Shown one piece after another: positions 12,936-23,360 of a DNA stretch of 64,000 bases (position 1 is its first letter; the number at the start of each line of letters is the position of its first letter). The notes beneath the pieces are model-generated. The model was not told where the DNA came from. It saw only the letters and a list, made by a program, of their open reading frames with translations, and did no database searches. Source of the stretch: Waddliaceae bacterium (GTDB taxonomy: Bacteria > Chlamydiota > Chlamydiia > Chlamydiales > Waddliaceae). The DNA lies in contig CAVRUH010000005.1 in NCBI GenBank assembly GCA_963724325.1, positions 128,001 through 192,000 of the forward strand, written 5' to 3'. Position numbers and translations under genes: made by a program.

Positions 12936-13493
12936 ATGTCAAGGCTAAAAAAACGATACAAAGATCAAATCAAAGCTGAACTTCAAAAGAAGTTCAACTA
13001 CACAAACCCAATGATGATCCCCTTTCTCAGAAAGGTAGTCATCAATATGGGCGTTGCCGAGGCGGCTAACGATAAAGGCATCCTGCAAGCACACGTAAAA
13101 GAACTTGCCCAAATATCTGGTCAAAAACCCATTCTCACTAAATCGAGAAAGGCGATCTCAAACTTCAAACTTCGCGAAGGCCAACCAATCGGCATCAAAG
13201 TGACCCTCCGCGGATTAAGAATGTACGATTTCATCGACCGTCTATTTAATATCGTCGCACCACGCATCCGTGACTTCCGAGGCTTCAACACCAAAGGCGA
13301 CGGATCAGGCAACTACACCCTAGGGATGGACGATCAACAAATTTTCCCAGAAATTAACCTGGATGAAACTAAACGCACACAAGGGATGCATATCTCATTT
13401 GTAACTAGCGCTAAAACGGATGAGGAGTCAATCGAACTACTTCGCTTGCTCGGTCTTCCATTCAAAAACCTGCCCGTTGTGGTAGCAGCTTAA
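12936..13493 (+). CDS. rplE: 50S ribosomal protein L5
   Basis: [21 protein letters not shown]. Confidence 0.98.
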   Translation: MSRLKKRYKDQIKAELQKKFNYTNPMMIPFLRKVVINMGVAEAANDKGILQAHVKELAQISGQKPILTKSRKAISNFKLREGQPIGIKVTLRGLRMYDFIDRLFNIVAPRIRDFRGFNTKGDGSGNYTLGMDDQQIFPEINLDETKRTQGMHISFVTSAKTDEESIELLRLLGLPFKNLPVVVAA

Positions 13494-13510
13494 GGAGAGG
13501 AGAAGGAATT

Positions 13511-13912
13511 ATGGCAGTAAATGATCCAGTAGCCGACTTTCTCACAAGAATTCGTAATGGTGTGAAAGCTCAACACCGCTATATCGATGTGAGTTGGAGC
13601 AAAATGAAAGAGAGCATCTCAAACATCCTAAAAGATTTCGGCTTCGTCGAAGGCTTCCTCGTTAAAAAGGACGCACCACAACGAGGAACGATAAGAATCT
13701 TTTTAAAATACGGTACCGAACGTAACCCTGTTATTTCAGGTCTCAAAAGGGTCTCAAGACCCGGTTTGCGAAAATACGTTTCTTACCAAGAGATTCCATC
13801 GTTCTACGGAGGCTTCGGTCTCTCAATCGTGTCAACCTCCCAAGGCATTTTCGCCGGGAATCAGGCAAGAGATAAGAAAATCGGCGGCGAACTGCTGTGC
13901 CTAGTTTGGTAA
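13511..13912 (+). CDS. rpsH: 30S ribosomal protein S8
   Basis: DPVADFLTRIRNG, SRPGLRKY, GGELLCLVW. Confidence 0.99.
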   Translation: MAVNDPVADFLTRIRNGVKAQHRYIDVSWSKMKESISNILKDFGFVEGFLVKKDAPQRGTIRIFLKYGTERNPVISGLKRVSRPGLRKYVSYQEIPSFYGGFGLSIVSTSQGIFAGNQARDKKIGGELLCLVW

Positions 13913-13933
13913 TGAAAGGATAGGAGAAAAAAA

Positions 13934-14476
13934 ATGACACGCAAAGGAAAAATGCCCATACCAGTACCAAAAGGTGTTGAAGTATTAGTGAAGGATTCCC
14001 AAATCCATGTAAAAGGACCCAAAGGAACTCTCCATCAAGATCTCATGCCAGAAGTCGTTATAGCAATTGAAGACGGACACGTGATCGTATCAAATAACGA
14101 TAAGATCAACACAAGAGCTAACTTCCATGGCCTATACAGAGCCCTCATCGACAATATGGTTAAAGGCGTCACCACCGGTTACCAAAAAGACCTCGAAATG
14201 ATCGGAGTAGGTTACCGTTCAGCCGTCCAAGGTAATAATCTGAACGTACAAATTGGCCACTCTCACCCGGATCTGCTTCCTATCCCAAAAGGTATCGAAG
14301 TCACCATCGAGAAAGGTACCAAAATAACAATTAAAGGCATCGACAAACAAATGGTAGGACAATTCGCGGCTACCATTCGCGCCCTAAGGAAACCAGAACC
14401 ATATCAAGGTAAAGGTATCCGATATGTCGGAGAACACGTAAGAAGAAAAGCAGGAAAAGTAGCAGCAAAAGCATAA
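13934..14476 (+). CDS. rplF: 50S ribosomal protein L6
   Basis: VKGPKG, GVGYR, RKPEPYQGKGIRY. Confidence 0.99.
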   Translation: MTRKGKMPIPVPKGVEVLVKDSQIHVKGPKGTLHQDLMPEVVIAIEDGHVIVSNNDKINTRANFHGLYRALIDNMVKGVTTGYQKDLEMIGVGYRSAVQGNNLNVQIGHSHPDLLPIPKGIEVTIEKGTKITIKGIDKQMVGQFAATIRALRKPEPYQGKGIRYVGEHVRRKAGKVAAKA

Positions 14477-14486
14477 TAAGGTAAAT

Positions 14487-14858
14487 ATGAAAACATTCCA
14501 TAAACAAAATCAAATTAAACGCATGAAGCGCATGGGGCGTGTACGTAAACACCTTCATGGCAACAGCATAAAACCAAGACTCTGCGTGTTGAAAACAAAT
14601 TACAACATTTATGCTCAGCTGATCGATGATGAAATCGGCCACACTCTCTGCGCTGTATCCACGCTTTCTAAAGAATTTGCAAATACCGAATTCACAAAAA
14701 AAAATAAAGCGACAGCAAAAAAAATCGGCGAAAGAATTGCCGAAATTGCTTTAGAAAAAAACATCAAAGAAGTTATCTTTGATCGCGGACCCCATAAATA
14801 CCATGGTATCCTCGCCGAATTGGCTGACGGTGCTCGCGGTATAGGTCTTAAATTTTAA
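14487..14858 (+). CDS. rplR: 50S ribosomal protein L18
   Basis: KPRL, IYAQLIDD, FDRG..KYHG. Confidence 0.98.
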   Translation: MKTFHKQNQIKRMKRMGRVRKHLHGNSIKPRLCVLKTNYNIYAQLIDDEIGHTLCAVSTLSKEFANTEFTKKNKATAKKIGERIAEIALEKNIKEVIFDRGPHKYHGILAELADGARGIGLKF

Positions 14859-14874
14859 TCTTTAGGGAAAACTA

Positions 14875-15387
14875 ATGGCGAAACAAAAAGAATCACACGG
14901 TAAAGAAAAACCAGCTAGCGATATTACAGAAAAAGTTCTCTATATCAACCGCTGCTCCAAAGTTGTTAAAGGTGGTCGTAAATTTAGCTTTTCAGCCCTA
15001 ATACTAGCAGGGGACGGAAAAGGACGCATCGGATACGGCTTCGCAAAAGCAAACGAACTGACCGACGCAATCCGCAAGGGCGGCGAATCAGCAAAAAAAG
15101 ACCTTAAATCATACGCCATCGAAGGAAACACAATTCCACATGAAGTTGTCGTAGAATATGACGGCGCACGCATCCTCATGAGACCAGCTCCAGATGGCGC
15201 CGGAGTTATCGCGGGTTCCCAAGTTCGTTCCATTCTAGAAATGGCGGGAATAAAAAACATTATGGCAAAAAGCCTTGGATGCAATAACCCAATCAACCAA
15301 GTTAAAGCAACTTTTAAAGCACTAAGCATGCTTCGCACACGCAGCGATATACAAAAGCTAAGAGGTAAAAATGATCAATCTGCATAA
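14875..15387 (+). CDS. rpsE: 30S ribosomal protein S5
   Basis: KVVKGGRKFSFSAL. Confidence 0.99.
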   Translation: MAKQKESHGKEKPASDITEKVLYINRCSKVVKGGRKFSFSALILAGDGKGRIGYGFAKANELTDAIRKGGESAKKDLKSYAIEGNTIPHEVVVEYDGARILMRPAPDGAGVIAGSQVRSILEMAGIKNIMAKSLGCNNPINQVKATFKALSMLRTRSDIQKLRGKNDQSA

Positions 15388-15838
15388 CCTAAAAAATACC
15401 ACAAAAGAACGAAAACCACGCAAAGTGTGCGGTCGTGGAATCGGCTCTGGCCTAGGTAGAACATGCGGCCGCGGAGAAAAAGGCGCAGGCTCACGCTCAG
15501 GCTACAAACGTCGCTACGGCTACGAAGGTGGTCAGTTCCGTCTATTCATGAAAATCCCCATTCGCGGATTCAACAACGCACAATTTCAACGTCGTTTAAC
15601 ATCTATTAATCTTGCTCAAATCGAACAAGTTTACAATGACGGCGATGTCGTGAATGCTGAATCACTCGCTAAACACAGTTTTTTCTCAGGAAAAATCCAT
15701 GGGATCAAACTACTCGGAACCGGCGAACTGACGAAAAAAGTATCTTTCGAAATTCATGCAATTTCAAAAGGTGCCAGAGATAAATTACAGAATGCAAAAA
15801 TTTCTTTTACTCTTCTCGGAGAGCAAAAGGACGCCTAA
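15371..15838 (+). CDS. rplO: 50S ribosomal protein L15
   Basis: GRGIGSGLGRTCGRG, EGGQ. Confidence 0.98.
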   Translation: MINLHNLKNTTKERKPRKVCGRGIGSGLGRTCGRGEKGAGSRSGYKRRYGYEGGQFRLFMKIPIRGFNNAQFQRRLTSINLAQIEQVYNDGDVVNAESLAKHSFFSGKIHGIKLLGTGELTKKVSFEIHAISKGARDKLQNAKISFTLLGEQKDA

Positions 15839-15882
15839 GATCGTTTGATATTTCAAATGAATAACTTAAATGTGGGGAATTG

Positions 15883-17251
15883 ATGTTACAAGCACTACAA
15901 AGAATCAACCAAATTCCAGAGCTTCGCTCTAAAATTGTGTTCACTCTCCTGATGCTCATCGTATACCGTATTGGCGGTTTTATACCCGTTCCCGGAATCA
16001 ACGGCGAAGTAGCTGTCGGCTATTTCCGCCAACTGACCGGCGGTGGTCAAAACCTATTCCAAATGGTCGACATGTTCTCAGGCGGCGCGTTTTCTCAAAT
16101 GACCGTCATCGCCCTTGGCGTCGTTCCCTACATCTCAGCTTCTATCATCATGCAACTGTTTGTCGCCCTTTGGCCTTCTCTCCAACGCGAAGTTCGTGAG
16201 AACCCCGACCCAAGGCAAGCGAAAAATCAACAAGCTTACCAGACTAATGACCATCGGATTGGCCATCATCCAATCTACCCTGTTCGCAAAATACGCAATA
16301 GGCATGAACCTTTCACGTCCAGGTATAGTTTCTAGCGATTTACTACAATTTCATATGTTCGGCTCACCCATACTTTTTTACCTAATTTTTATCGCAACCA
16401 TGACTACCGGTACAGTATTCCTCATGTGGGTAGGTGAACAAATCACCGAAAGAGGCATCGGAAACGGAATGAGCATGATCATCACCGTAGGTATCTTATC
16501 TCAATTCCCATCCGCAATAGGACTCATCATCCAACAACTCAACCTCGACTCCCAAAACGCCGGCCAAATGAACTTCGCTTCCGTCCTCGTTCTTGTTGCA
16601 CTATTTGTATGCGTCACTCTTGGAACCATACTTATCATCCAAGGCCATCGACGCATACCACTCCAATATGCTCGCCGCGTTGTCGGAAGAAAAGAAGTTC
16701 AAGGCGGAAACTCCTACATCCCACTCAAAGTTAACTATGCAGGCGTCATACCCGTGATCTTCGCTTCATCTCTCCTGATGTTCCCAGCTACACTGGCAAC
16801 ATTCCTTGGAGGAACCTGGCTATCTACACTATCAGGTTTCTTAGATCCACGCTCATCCACTTACCTTTTCTTCTTCGTCATGCTCATCGTATTCTTTACC
16901 TACTTTTGGACCGCTACTCAATTCCGCCCCGACCAAATAGCTTCCGATATGAAGAAAAATGGCGCCTTCATACCTGGCATCAGACAAGGCAAACCAACAC
17001 AAGAATATCTCGAATCCACTATGAATCAAATCACCTTTATTGGAGCACTATTCTTAGCAATTATAGCCATCCTTCCCAACCTCGTTGGAAAATTTCTTAA
17101 TGTACCCTCAACCATAAGCTACTTTTTTGGCGGTACCTCACTACTTATTTTAGTCGGTGTCGTTCTCGATACAATGAAACAGATTGAATCCCACCTCCTC
17201 ATGAAGCGATATGAAGGCTTCATGAAAAAAGGAAGAATTAGAGGAAGATAA
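15883..17251 (+). CDS. secY: Preprotein translocase SecY (extra C at ~16210)
   Basis: [33 protein letters not shown]; two overlapping ORFs join at ENPD-QGKRK. Confidence 0.98.
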
Positions 17252-17321
17252 AGAATTGCACGAAATTAGAAAAGATGGTAAGATTTTAATATTCAATTTT
17301 GAAAACAATTAGGAGAGATCA

Positions 17322-17705
17322 ATGCCAAGAGTTATCGGTATCGATATACCCGACAACAAAAGATTAATCATCAGCCTCACGTATATCTACGGTGTTGGTC
17401 GATCCCGTTCGAAAGAAATTATTGAAAAATTGGGACTCAACCCCGACATGCGCGCCCTACACCTAACTCAAGACGACATTGCCCGAATTAATGGCATGCT
17501 CCAATCCGAATACATTGTAGAAGGCGATCTTCGTCGTCAAGTCCAAAACAACATTAAGAGAATGATTTCTATCCACTGCTATAGTGGAACGCGCCATCGC
17601 ATAGGACTTCCTGTACGAGGCCAACGCACAAGGACAAACTCCAGAACACGTAAGGGTAAGCGAAAAACTGTAGCCGGTAAGAAAGCGGCTGTTGCGAAAA
17701 AATAA
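17322..17705 (+). CDS. rpsM: 30S ribosomal protein S13
   Basis: [20 protein letters not shown]. Confidence 0.99.
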   Translation: MPRVIGIDIPDNKRLIISLTYIYGVGRSRSKEIIEKLGLNPDMRALHLTQDDIARINGMLQSEYIVEGDLRRQVQNNIKRMISIHCYSGTRHRIGLPVRGQRTRTNSRTRKGKRKTVAGKKAAVAKK

Positions 17706-17723
17706 GATAAGGAGAATTTAACT

Positions 17724-18149
17724 TTGGCTAAACAAACAACTGCAACAAAACCTACGACAAAAAAGAGTCCTGTTAAAACTAAAAAACGTGTCCACAGAAA
17801 TGTTCCATCTGGAATCGTACATGTAAAAGCAACATTCAATAACACCATCGTTACCATCACTGACCCAGCTGGAAGCGTCATCTCCTGGGCATCAGCAGGT
17901 AAAGAGGATTCTTCAGGATCGCGAAAATCTTCCGCATTCGCTGCCACCCTAGCTGCCCAAGATGCCGCTAAAACAGCCATGTTGCTTGGGATTAAGAGAA
18001 GTTGAAGTGAATATAAATGGACCCGGCGCCGGCCGTGAATCCGCAGTACGCGGACTGCAAAGCTCAGGTCTGGTTGTAACAACCATTACCGACGATAGAC
18101 ACCAGTACCACACAACGGGTGCCGTCCACGTAAACGAAGAAGAGTGTAA
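17724..18149 (+). CDS. rpsK: 30S ribosomal protein S11 (apparent indels at ~17990 and ~18097)
   Basis: [18 protein letters not shown], and [20 protein letters not shown] in successive frames. Confidence 0.97.
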
Positions 18150-18211
18150 ATTTTTCATGTAGGATGTTGGTATGTCCCAACACCTACAATAACAATTTAG
18201 GAGTGTTTTAC

Positions 18212-19326
18212 ATGTCAGTTAAATATGGCAAATTTGAAATGCCGCAAAAAATCTCAGTAGACGAAAAAACCGCATCCAATACCTTCGCACAATTCGTTGC
18301 CGAACCATTTGAAAGAGGATTCGGTCACACCATCGGAAATTCCATGCGTCGGTATGCTGCTATCTTCCTTGAGGCACCTGCCATCATTGCTGTTCGTATC
18401 GAAGGGTTCCCCATGAATATATGTCCATCGAAGGCGTTATCGAGGATATGACGAACATCATCCTTAATTTAAAAGGAGCACTCCTACGTAAATTACCTAC
18501 CGACGAAGCACCAAACGCCCGTGGATACCGCATCCTTACTACCATTCTCGAAATCACTCAAGAAGATCTCGATAAAGGTAAAGGTCAATATGAAGTCACT
18601 CTTGGTGATATCGTTGAAAGAGGAAATTTTGAAGTCGTAAACCCTGAACTCAAAGTATTCACTGTCACCAAACCAATGAAAAAGCAAATCGACCTCCGAG
18701 TTGCTTTTGGTCGCGGTTATGTCCCTTCCGAACGCCACATTGTTTTTGATAAGACTTCAGATGAAATCCTCATCGATGCAGCTTTCTCACCTGTACGCCT
18801 CGTCAATTACCACGTAGAAAATACGCGTGTGGGACAAGATACTGATTTCGATAGATTAATCATTGAAGTCACTACTGACGGCAGAGTTACCCCAATCGAA
18901 GCCCTAAGTTTCGCCTCGCAAATCATCAATAAACATTTCGAAGTGTTTAATACACTGAATGCTCAATCACTCAGTTTTGATGAAGAAGAGGGCGTTTCAA
19001 GTTCCGATCAAGATGAAATCATGGAGAAACTCGCTCTTCGTATTGACGAAATTGAACTTTCCGTCCGTTCAACAAACTGCCTAAGCGGTGCAAATATCGA
19101 AACAATTGCAGAACTCGTTTCAATCCCAGAACGTCGTATGCTTGAATTTAGAAACTTCGGTAAGAAGTCACTCAATGAAATTAAAGCAAAACTAACCGAA
19201 ATGGGCCTCGGACTTGGCATGGACCTAACAAGATATGGAATCACTGCTGATAATGCGAAAGAAAAAGTCAGAAAATTCCAAGAAGAACAAGCAAAAAAGA
19301 AAAATAATTTTGAAGAAGCAGGATAA
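18212..19326 (+). CDS. rpoA: RNA polymerase alpha subunit (frameshift at ~18405)
   Basis: EPFERGFGHTIGNSMRR; HEYMSIEGVIED; ELSVRSTNCL; NFGKKSLNEI. Confidence 0.98.
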
Positions 19327-19332
19327 TTTAAC

Positions 19333-19761
19333 ATGAGACACCTTAAACAAAGACGAAAACTGGGACGCACCACTTCGCATAATCGTTGCATGCTAGCTAA
19401 CATGCTTAAGTCACTTATTATCAACGAACGCATAAATACAACCGTCCCAAAAGCAAAGCTATTGAGATGTTATGCAGACCGCATGATAACACTTGCAAAG
19501 CAAAACTCACTAGCCGCTAAACGTCGCGCGATTGCTGAAATGATGATCCGATACAATACTTTAACCCCAAAAGAGGCTCGCCAAGCTAAAGCCGGTGACA
19601 CCTCTGCCTACAACGACGACCGCAATGTAATCAACAAGCTCTTCGCAGATCTTGGTGTTCGCTTTGCAACTCGAGATGGCGGTTATACCCGTATCATCAA
19701 AAATGACCATCGCGTTGGTGATGGAGCAGATACTTGCATCATTGAATATCTGGAAAGATAA
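19333..19761 (+). CDS. rplQ: 50S ribosomal protein L17
   Basis: [24 protein letters not shown]. Confidence 0.99.
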   Translation: MRHLKQRRKLGRTTSHNRCMLANMLKSLIINERINTTVPKAKLLRCYADRMITLAKQNSLAAKRRAIAEMMIRYNTLTPKEARQAKAGDTSAYNDDRNVINKLFADLGVRFATRDGGYTRIIKNDHRVGDGADTCIIEYLER

Positions 19762-19807
19762 TTAGGAATATGAGATCATCCGATCTCAACCCTAATGGAG
19801 GTATTCT

Positions 19808-20833
19808 ATGGCAGTTAATGTTGCAATAAATGGATTTGGTAGAATAGGTCGTCTCGCTTTTCGCATAATGGCGAAACGAGGCGATTTTAATATTGTTGCT
19901 ATAAACGATCTTGTCCCTCCGGATAATCTCGCTTACCTCCTCAAGTATGATACAGTCCATCGTCAATTTCCTGGTGAAGTTTCCTTTGAAGGAAATAACC
20001 TGATTGTGAATGGAAAGAAAACACAAGTGCTTTCTGAAAGAGATCCAGAGAAGTTGCCCTGGAAGGCCCTCAATGTCGACTATGTCATTGAGTCTACAGG
20101 ACTATTCACTTCCCCAGAGCTAGCTCAGAAGCACCTGAAAGCAGGGGCTAAACGTGTTCTTATTTCAGCACCAGCAAAAGGGGATGTGCCTACTTTTGTA
20201 ATGGGAGTTAATAACCAAAAGTTTAACCCATCGACAGACTTCATAGTTTCTAACGCATCGTGTACAACGAATTGTTTAGCGCCTATTACTAAAGTTTTGC
20301 TCGATAACTTTGGCATTGAAGAAGGGTTAATGACGACAGTTCATTCTCTAACGGCTTCACAACCTACAGTGGATGGACCATCTCATAAAGACTTGCGTGG
20401 TGGTAGAAGTGCTTCCCAGAATATTATACCATCATCAACTGGAGCTGCAAAAGCTGTAGCGCTTTGCATACCTGAAATAAAAGGCAAATTGACTGGAATG
20501 GCCTTCAGGATACCGACGGTGGATGTTTCTGTTGTAGATTTAACAGTTCGATTGACAAAATCTACAACATATGAAACAATCTGTCAAGCTATGAAAAAGG
20601 CCTCTGAGAATGAGATGAAGGGAATATTATCGTATTGTGATGAACCAGTGGTGTCATCTGATTTTATTGGAAGTACCTTTTCTGCCATTTTCGATAAAGA
20701 GGCAGGAATTGCTTTAAATGATAAATTTATAAAAGTTGTCGCCTGGTATGACAATGAAAATGGCTATGCCTCACGCGTTGTGGATCTTCTAGCATATATG
20801 GCATCGCGCGAGCCTAGCAATAAAAACTCCTAA
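19808..20833 (+). CDS. gap: Glyceraldehyde-3-phosphate dehydrogenase
   Basis: [26 protein letters not shown]. Confidence 0.99.
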   Translation: MAVNVAINGFGRIGRLAFRIMAKRGDFNIVAINDLVPPDNLAYLLKYDTVHRQFPGEVSFEGNNLIVNGKKTQVLSERDPEKLPWKALNVDYVIESTGLFTSPELAQKHLKAGAKRVLISAPAKGDVPTFVMGVNNQKFNPSTDFIVSNASCTTNCLAPITKVLLDNFGIEEGLMTTVHSLTASQPTVDGPSHKDLRGGRSASQNIIPSSTGAAKAVALCIPEIKGKLTGMAFRIPTVDVSVVDLTVRLTKSTTYETICQAMKKASENEMKGILSYCDEPVVSSDFIGSTFSAIFDKEAGIALNDKFIKVVAWYDNENGYASRVVDLLAYMASREPSNKNS

Positions 20834-20846
20834 CCTGGAAAAAAAA

Positions 20847-21578
20847 GTGGATTTTACTCGAGAACCAATTATAGAAAGCATTATATCTCCGAAAGAAGGT
20901 TATAAGCTTGTTATTAGAAGCAGCAAAGGTGCAGGACACGAAGAATTTTTTGTGGACGTTGTCGAAGTTGTATCTTTTGGACACACATTTTTTCTTCGAT
21001 CGCTTGAAAGGGCAAAAGCTTTCTTAGTTCCTGCTTCGGACTATGAAATATTAGAAGTCCGTGAAACACGCATGGTATTGAAGAATGTCGGAATGGACAG
21101 CAACATCAAGATTGGTGGAGGAAAGGAACAGCCATCTAAAAAAGAGGAAAAACCACAACAACCTAAAGAAGCTGCTGAAGCCGAAGACAAGTTGGAGAAG
21201 CGAAGGGATAGAAGAAGGCAGTCACGTCGAAGACGCAATCGTGAAGATGTTGAACAGAAGGATCAGCCGCTAGAAGAGGTACTTGCGGTTCCTCAAGACG
21301 CTGTAACTGAAGAAGGCAATCCCACTCCGCCTCGTGGAACGGGATTTGCAACATTGTTGCCGCCTCCTTCAACACTGATTTCGGAGACTATTGCGCGGTA
21401 TAAGGGAGATCAGTCATTTAAGGATGTTTTTTTTCCTAAGGAAGAGGCAGTACTTGAATCAGAGTTTGTGCCTCCTTTTGAGCCTGAGGATGAAGAGCTC
21501 TCTGACGATCCATTTAATATAAAGGATGAGGAGCCGGAGGATGTTTCTGCTCCATCGATGGAGCCAGACGAACAATAA
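20847..21578 (+). CDS. grgA: Chlamydial transcription factor GrgA (CT504 family)
   Basis: N-terminus FTREPIIESIISPKEGYKLVIRSSK...FLVPASDYEILEVRE matches GrgA; basic then acidic regions; syntenic after gap. Confidence 0.9.
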   Translation: MDFTREPIIESIISPKEGYKLVIRSSKGAGHEEFFVDVVEVVSFGHTFFLRSLERAKAFLVPASDYEILEVRETRMVLKNVGMDSNIKIGGGKEQPSKKEEKPQQPKEAAEAEDKLEKRRDRRRQSRRRRNREDVEQKDQPLEEVLAVPQDAVTEEGNPTPPRGTGFATLLPPPSTLISETIARYKGDQSFKDVFFPKEEAVLESEFVPPFEPEDEELSDDPFNIKDEEPEDVSAPSMEPDEQ

Positions 21579-21609
21579 ATATGTGGAGCCAGTTATTGGT
21601 TCCCCACCT

Positions 21610-21692
21610 GCTCGGGTGGTGAAATGGTAGACACTAAGGACTTAAAATCCTTTGTCCTAACGGACGTGCCGGTTCGAGTCCGGCCCCGAGCA
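21610..21692 (+). tRNA. tRNA-Leu (anticodon TAA)
   Basis: Acceptor gctcggg/cccgagc, anticodon arm aagga-cttaaaa-tcctt, long variable arm, GGTTCGAGTCC; CCA not encoded. Confidence 0.97.
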
Positions 21693-21764
21693 ATACAAAA
21701 CCACATACGACTCCCTCGTATGTCTCCCTAACAGATGCATATCAAGATTATACAAGCACGTGAA

Positions 21765-21821
21765 TTTGGAGTGACCCAATTCATTGGGTCTTATTCCGAG
21801 CCCTATTTATTGGGCTCGGTG
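21765..21821. repeat. REP-like double-palindrome element, copy 1
   Basis: tttggagt-gacccaat tc attgggtc-ttatt-ccgagccc...gggctcgg-tg; same unit at 59033 and inverted ending at 59194. Confidence 0.85.
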
Positions 21822-22121
21822 AGCGGTGATATTCTCCCTTTCCCTACACAAGACGTGTGAGTGCGATGGTCACCCCTTTAGCCTGGTCATTTCAGCTTCC
21901 CGACCAATGAATTTGGAAAGACTCATTTTTATTGCTCCATTTTTAATCTTATCATAAACTTTTAGCTTTATAAAATCAATCAGCAAAATGCCATTTGTCG
22001 ATTTGTTGATCGTTTTTGAATTGATCAAATTCAATCAACAAAAGGTTATTTGTCGATTTACTGATGATTTTTTGTCATAAAATTTGAGGGCACCAGTCCA
22101 TCAACAGTTTGCAAAAGACTT

Positions 22122-22202
22122 GGCCTTCGCTTCGCTACGGCCGGCGGCGATTTTGGGCGCTTTGCGCCCAAAATCGCCGCCGGCCGTAGCGAAGCGAAGG
22201 CC
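22122..22202. repeat. Perfect 39-bp GC-rich inverted repeat (3-nt loop)
   Basis: ggccttcgcttcgctacggccggcggcgattttgggcgc ttt + exact reverse complement, then T-rich tract. Confidence 0.95.
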
Positions 22203-22252
22203 TTTCTTTTAAGTTTTGAAATACCAGGCTTGACCTCTAAAGAAAAAAAGAC

Positions 22253-22286
22253 TTGCAATTAATGTTGTAATGTTGTAATATTACAA
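22253..22286 (+). promoter_or_regulatory. Sigma66 promoter overlapped by candidate TrpR operator
   Basis: TTGCAA(22253)-N17-TAATAT(22276); TT-GTAAT-gttgtaat-ATTAC-AA (22265-22286); half-sites repeat every 8 bp. Confidence 0.8.
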
Positions 22287-22308
22287 TATATTTTAAGGAA
22301 GACAGATT

Positions 22309-22365
22309 ATGAAACATTTTATGATACACCAATTTCGTTGGCGTTTTTGGGCAACAGCCCGATAA
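22309..22365 (+). CDS. Candidate Trp leader peptide MKHFMIHQFRWRFWATAR
   Basis: AAGGA upstream of ATG; two TGG codons; gggc-aaca-gccc hairpin at its 3' end; lies between operator and first gene. Confidence 0.75.
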   Translation: MKHFMIHQFRWRFWATAR

Positions 22366-22427
22366 TACACCCTATTTTACAAGTTTATATTTTATTATTT
22401 TTAATTATTTTATAAAAGGAGATTTCC

Positions 22428-23360
22428 ATGTTTTCAATTAATAAATTGACAGATACTGTTATATTGCCCTATAACGTAGAATCTTATCAAGAGCTCTATG
22501 CTGAAGAGTTTATAACAAGCTTTACGCATAGCGCTCTTGCCGAAGGTCCAACCGATTTAGAGATGGCCAGAAAGTTCACAAAACAGCTGAATGAGGCCGC
22601 ATTGCAAGCGAAGTTACTCTACATTTCTTTTAACGATAAAATGTTTAAAGGAAATGTACTGAAAGATGGTGCTTGTAGTGCTATTGTCTTTCGTGTAGCT
22701 AAAGAAGCCATTAGACTTCATAAATTTCTTAATCAGATTATTCAACTTAAACCCTCGAGCAGAGAAAGTAGTTTCGGGCTTCATTTTGCTCGGTATGTCT
22801 TTGAGCTAGAAAGTATGGCGACTGGAGGGAATAAAGAGCCTGCAAAGAGTGAACAGAAGATGATAAGAACCGAACAAATGGCTCTAAATATGATTACGGT
22901 CAATCGTAATGTATTAAATAAAGGCAATGCTGTTGCTGAGAAAGTTGGAGCTATGGCTCCATTTTATGGTTTAAAGGTTGTTGAGTCGAGTTCAGAACTT
23001 CGGGTAAAGAAGAATGAACAATTACAAGTTGAATTGTCACAACTAAAACTCGGGTTAATAGATGGCGTTTATATTCTAAGAATTATTCAAGAAGAATATA
23101 ATCACAAACTTGAGGTGAAAGGGCATTCCATTCTCTATATCAAAAGAGGTGAAGCTGAATATTATTTTGATCCAGCGCTAGGATGTTATCGTCTATTTGC
23201 GGAGGTCGCTAAAACGAATTTGATCTATAATGCATTGTTGAGTGCTAACGAAAGATTTGGAGTGGACACTCTGAGTTTCCATCGTTTAGTCGATGCAAAA
23301 CATAGTGATTTTTCTTCTCCTAATGAGGGATTTTTAAACATTTCAAAAGGAGAAAAATAA
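22428..23360 (+). CDS. YopT/C58-like papain-fold cysteine protease; contains no Trp
   Basis: Cys-His-Asp order and contexts DGACSA / GHSILY / YYFDPALG; SD AAGGAG. Confidence 0.65.
   Translation: MFSINKLTDTVILPYNVESYQELYAEEFITSFTHSALAEGPTDLEMARKFTKQLNEAALQAKLLYISFNDKMFKGNVLKDGACSAIVFRVAKEAIRLHKFLNQIIQLKPSSRESSFGLHFARYVFELESMATGGNKEPAKSEQKMIRTEQMALNMITVNRNVLNKGNAVAEKVGAMAPFYGLKVVESSSELRVKKNEQLQVELSQLKLGLIDGVYILRIIQEEYNHKLEVKGHSILYIKRGEAEYYFDPALGCYRLFAEVAKTNLIYNALLSANERFGVDTLSFHRLVDAKHSDFSSPNEGFLNISKGEK

Noticed and set aside
10058..18410. Programmed frameshifting or pseudogenisation of rpsS, secY, rpsK, rpoA
   Set aside because: Essential genes, homopolymer contexts and compensating pairs favour sequencing error
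7496..19761. Missing rpsJ, rpsN, rpmD, adk, infA, rpmJ and rpsD in the superoperon
   Set aside because: Normal chlamydial arrangement
21976..22065. CRISPR array
   Set aside because: Only two imperfect units, 20-bp gap, no cas genes
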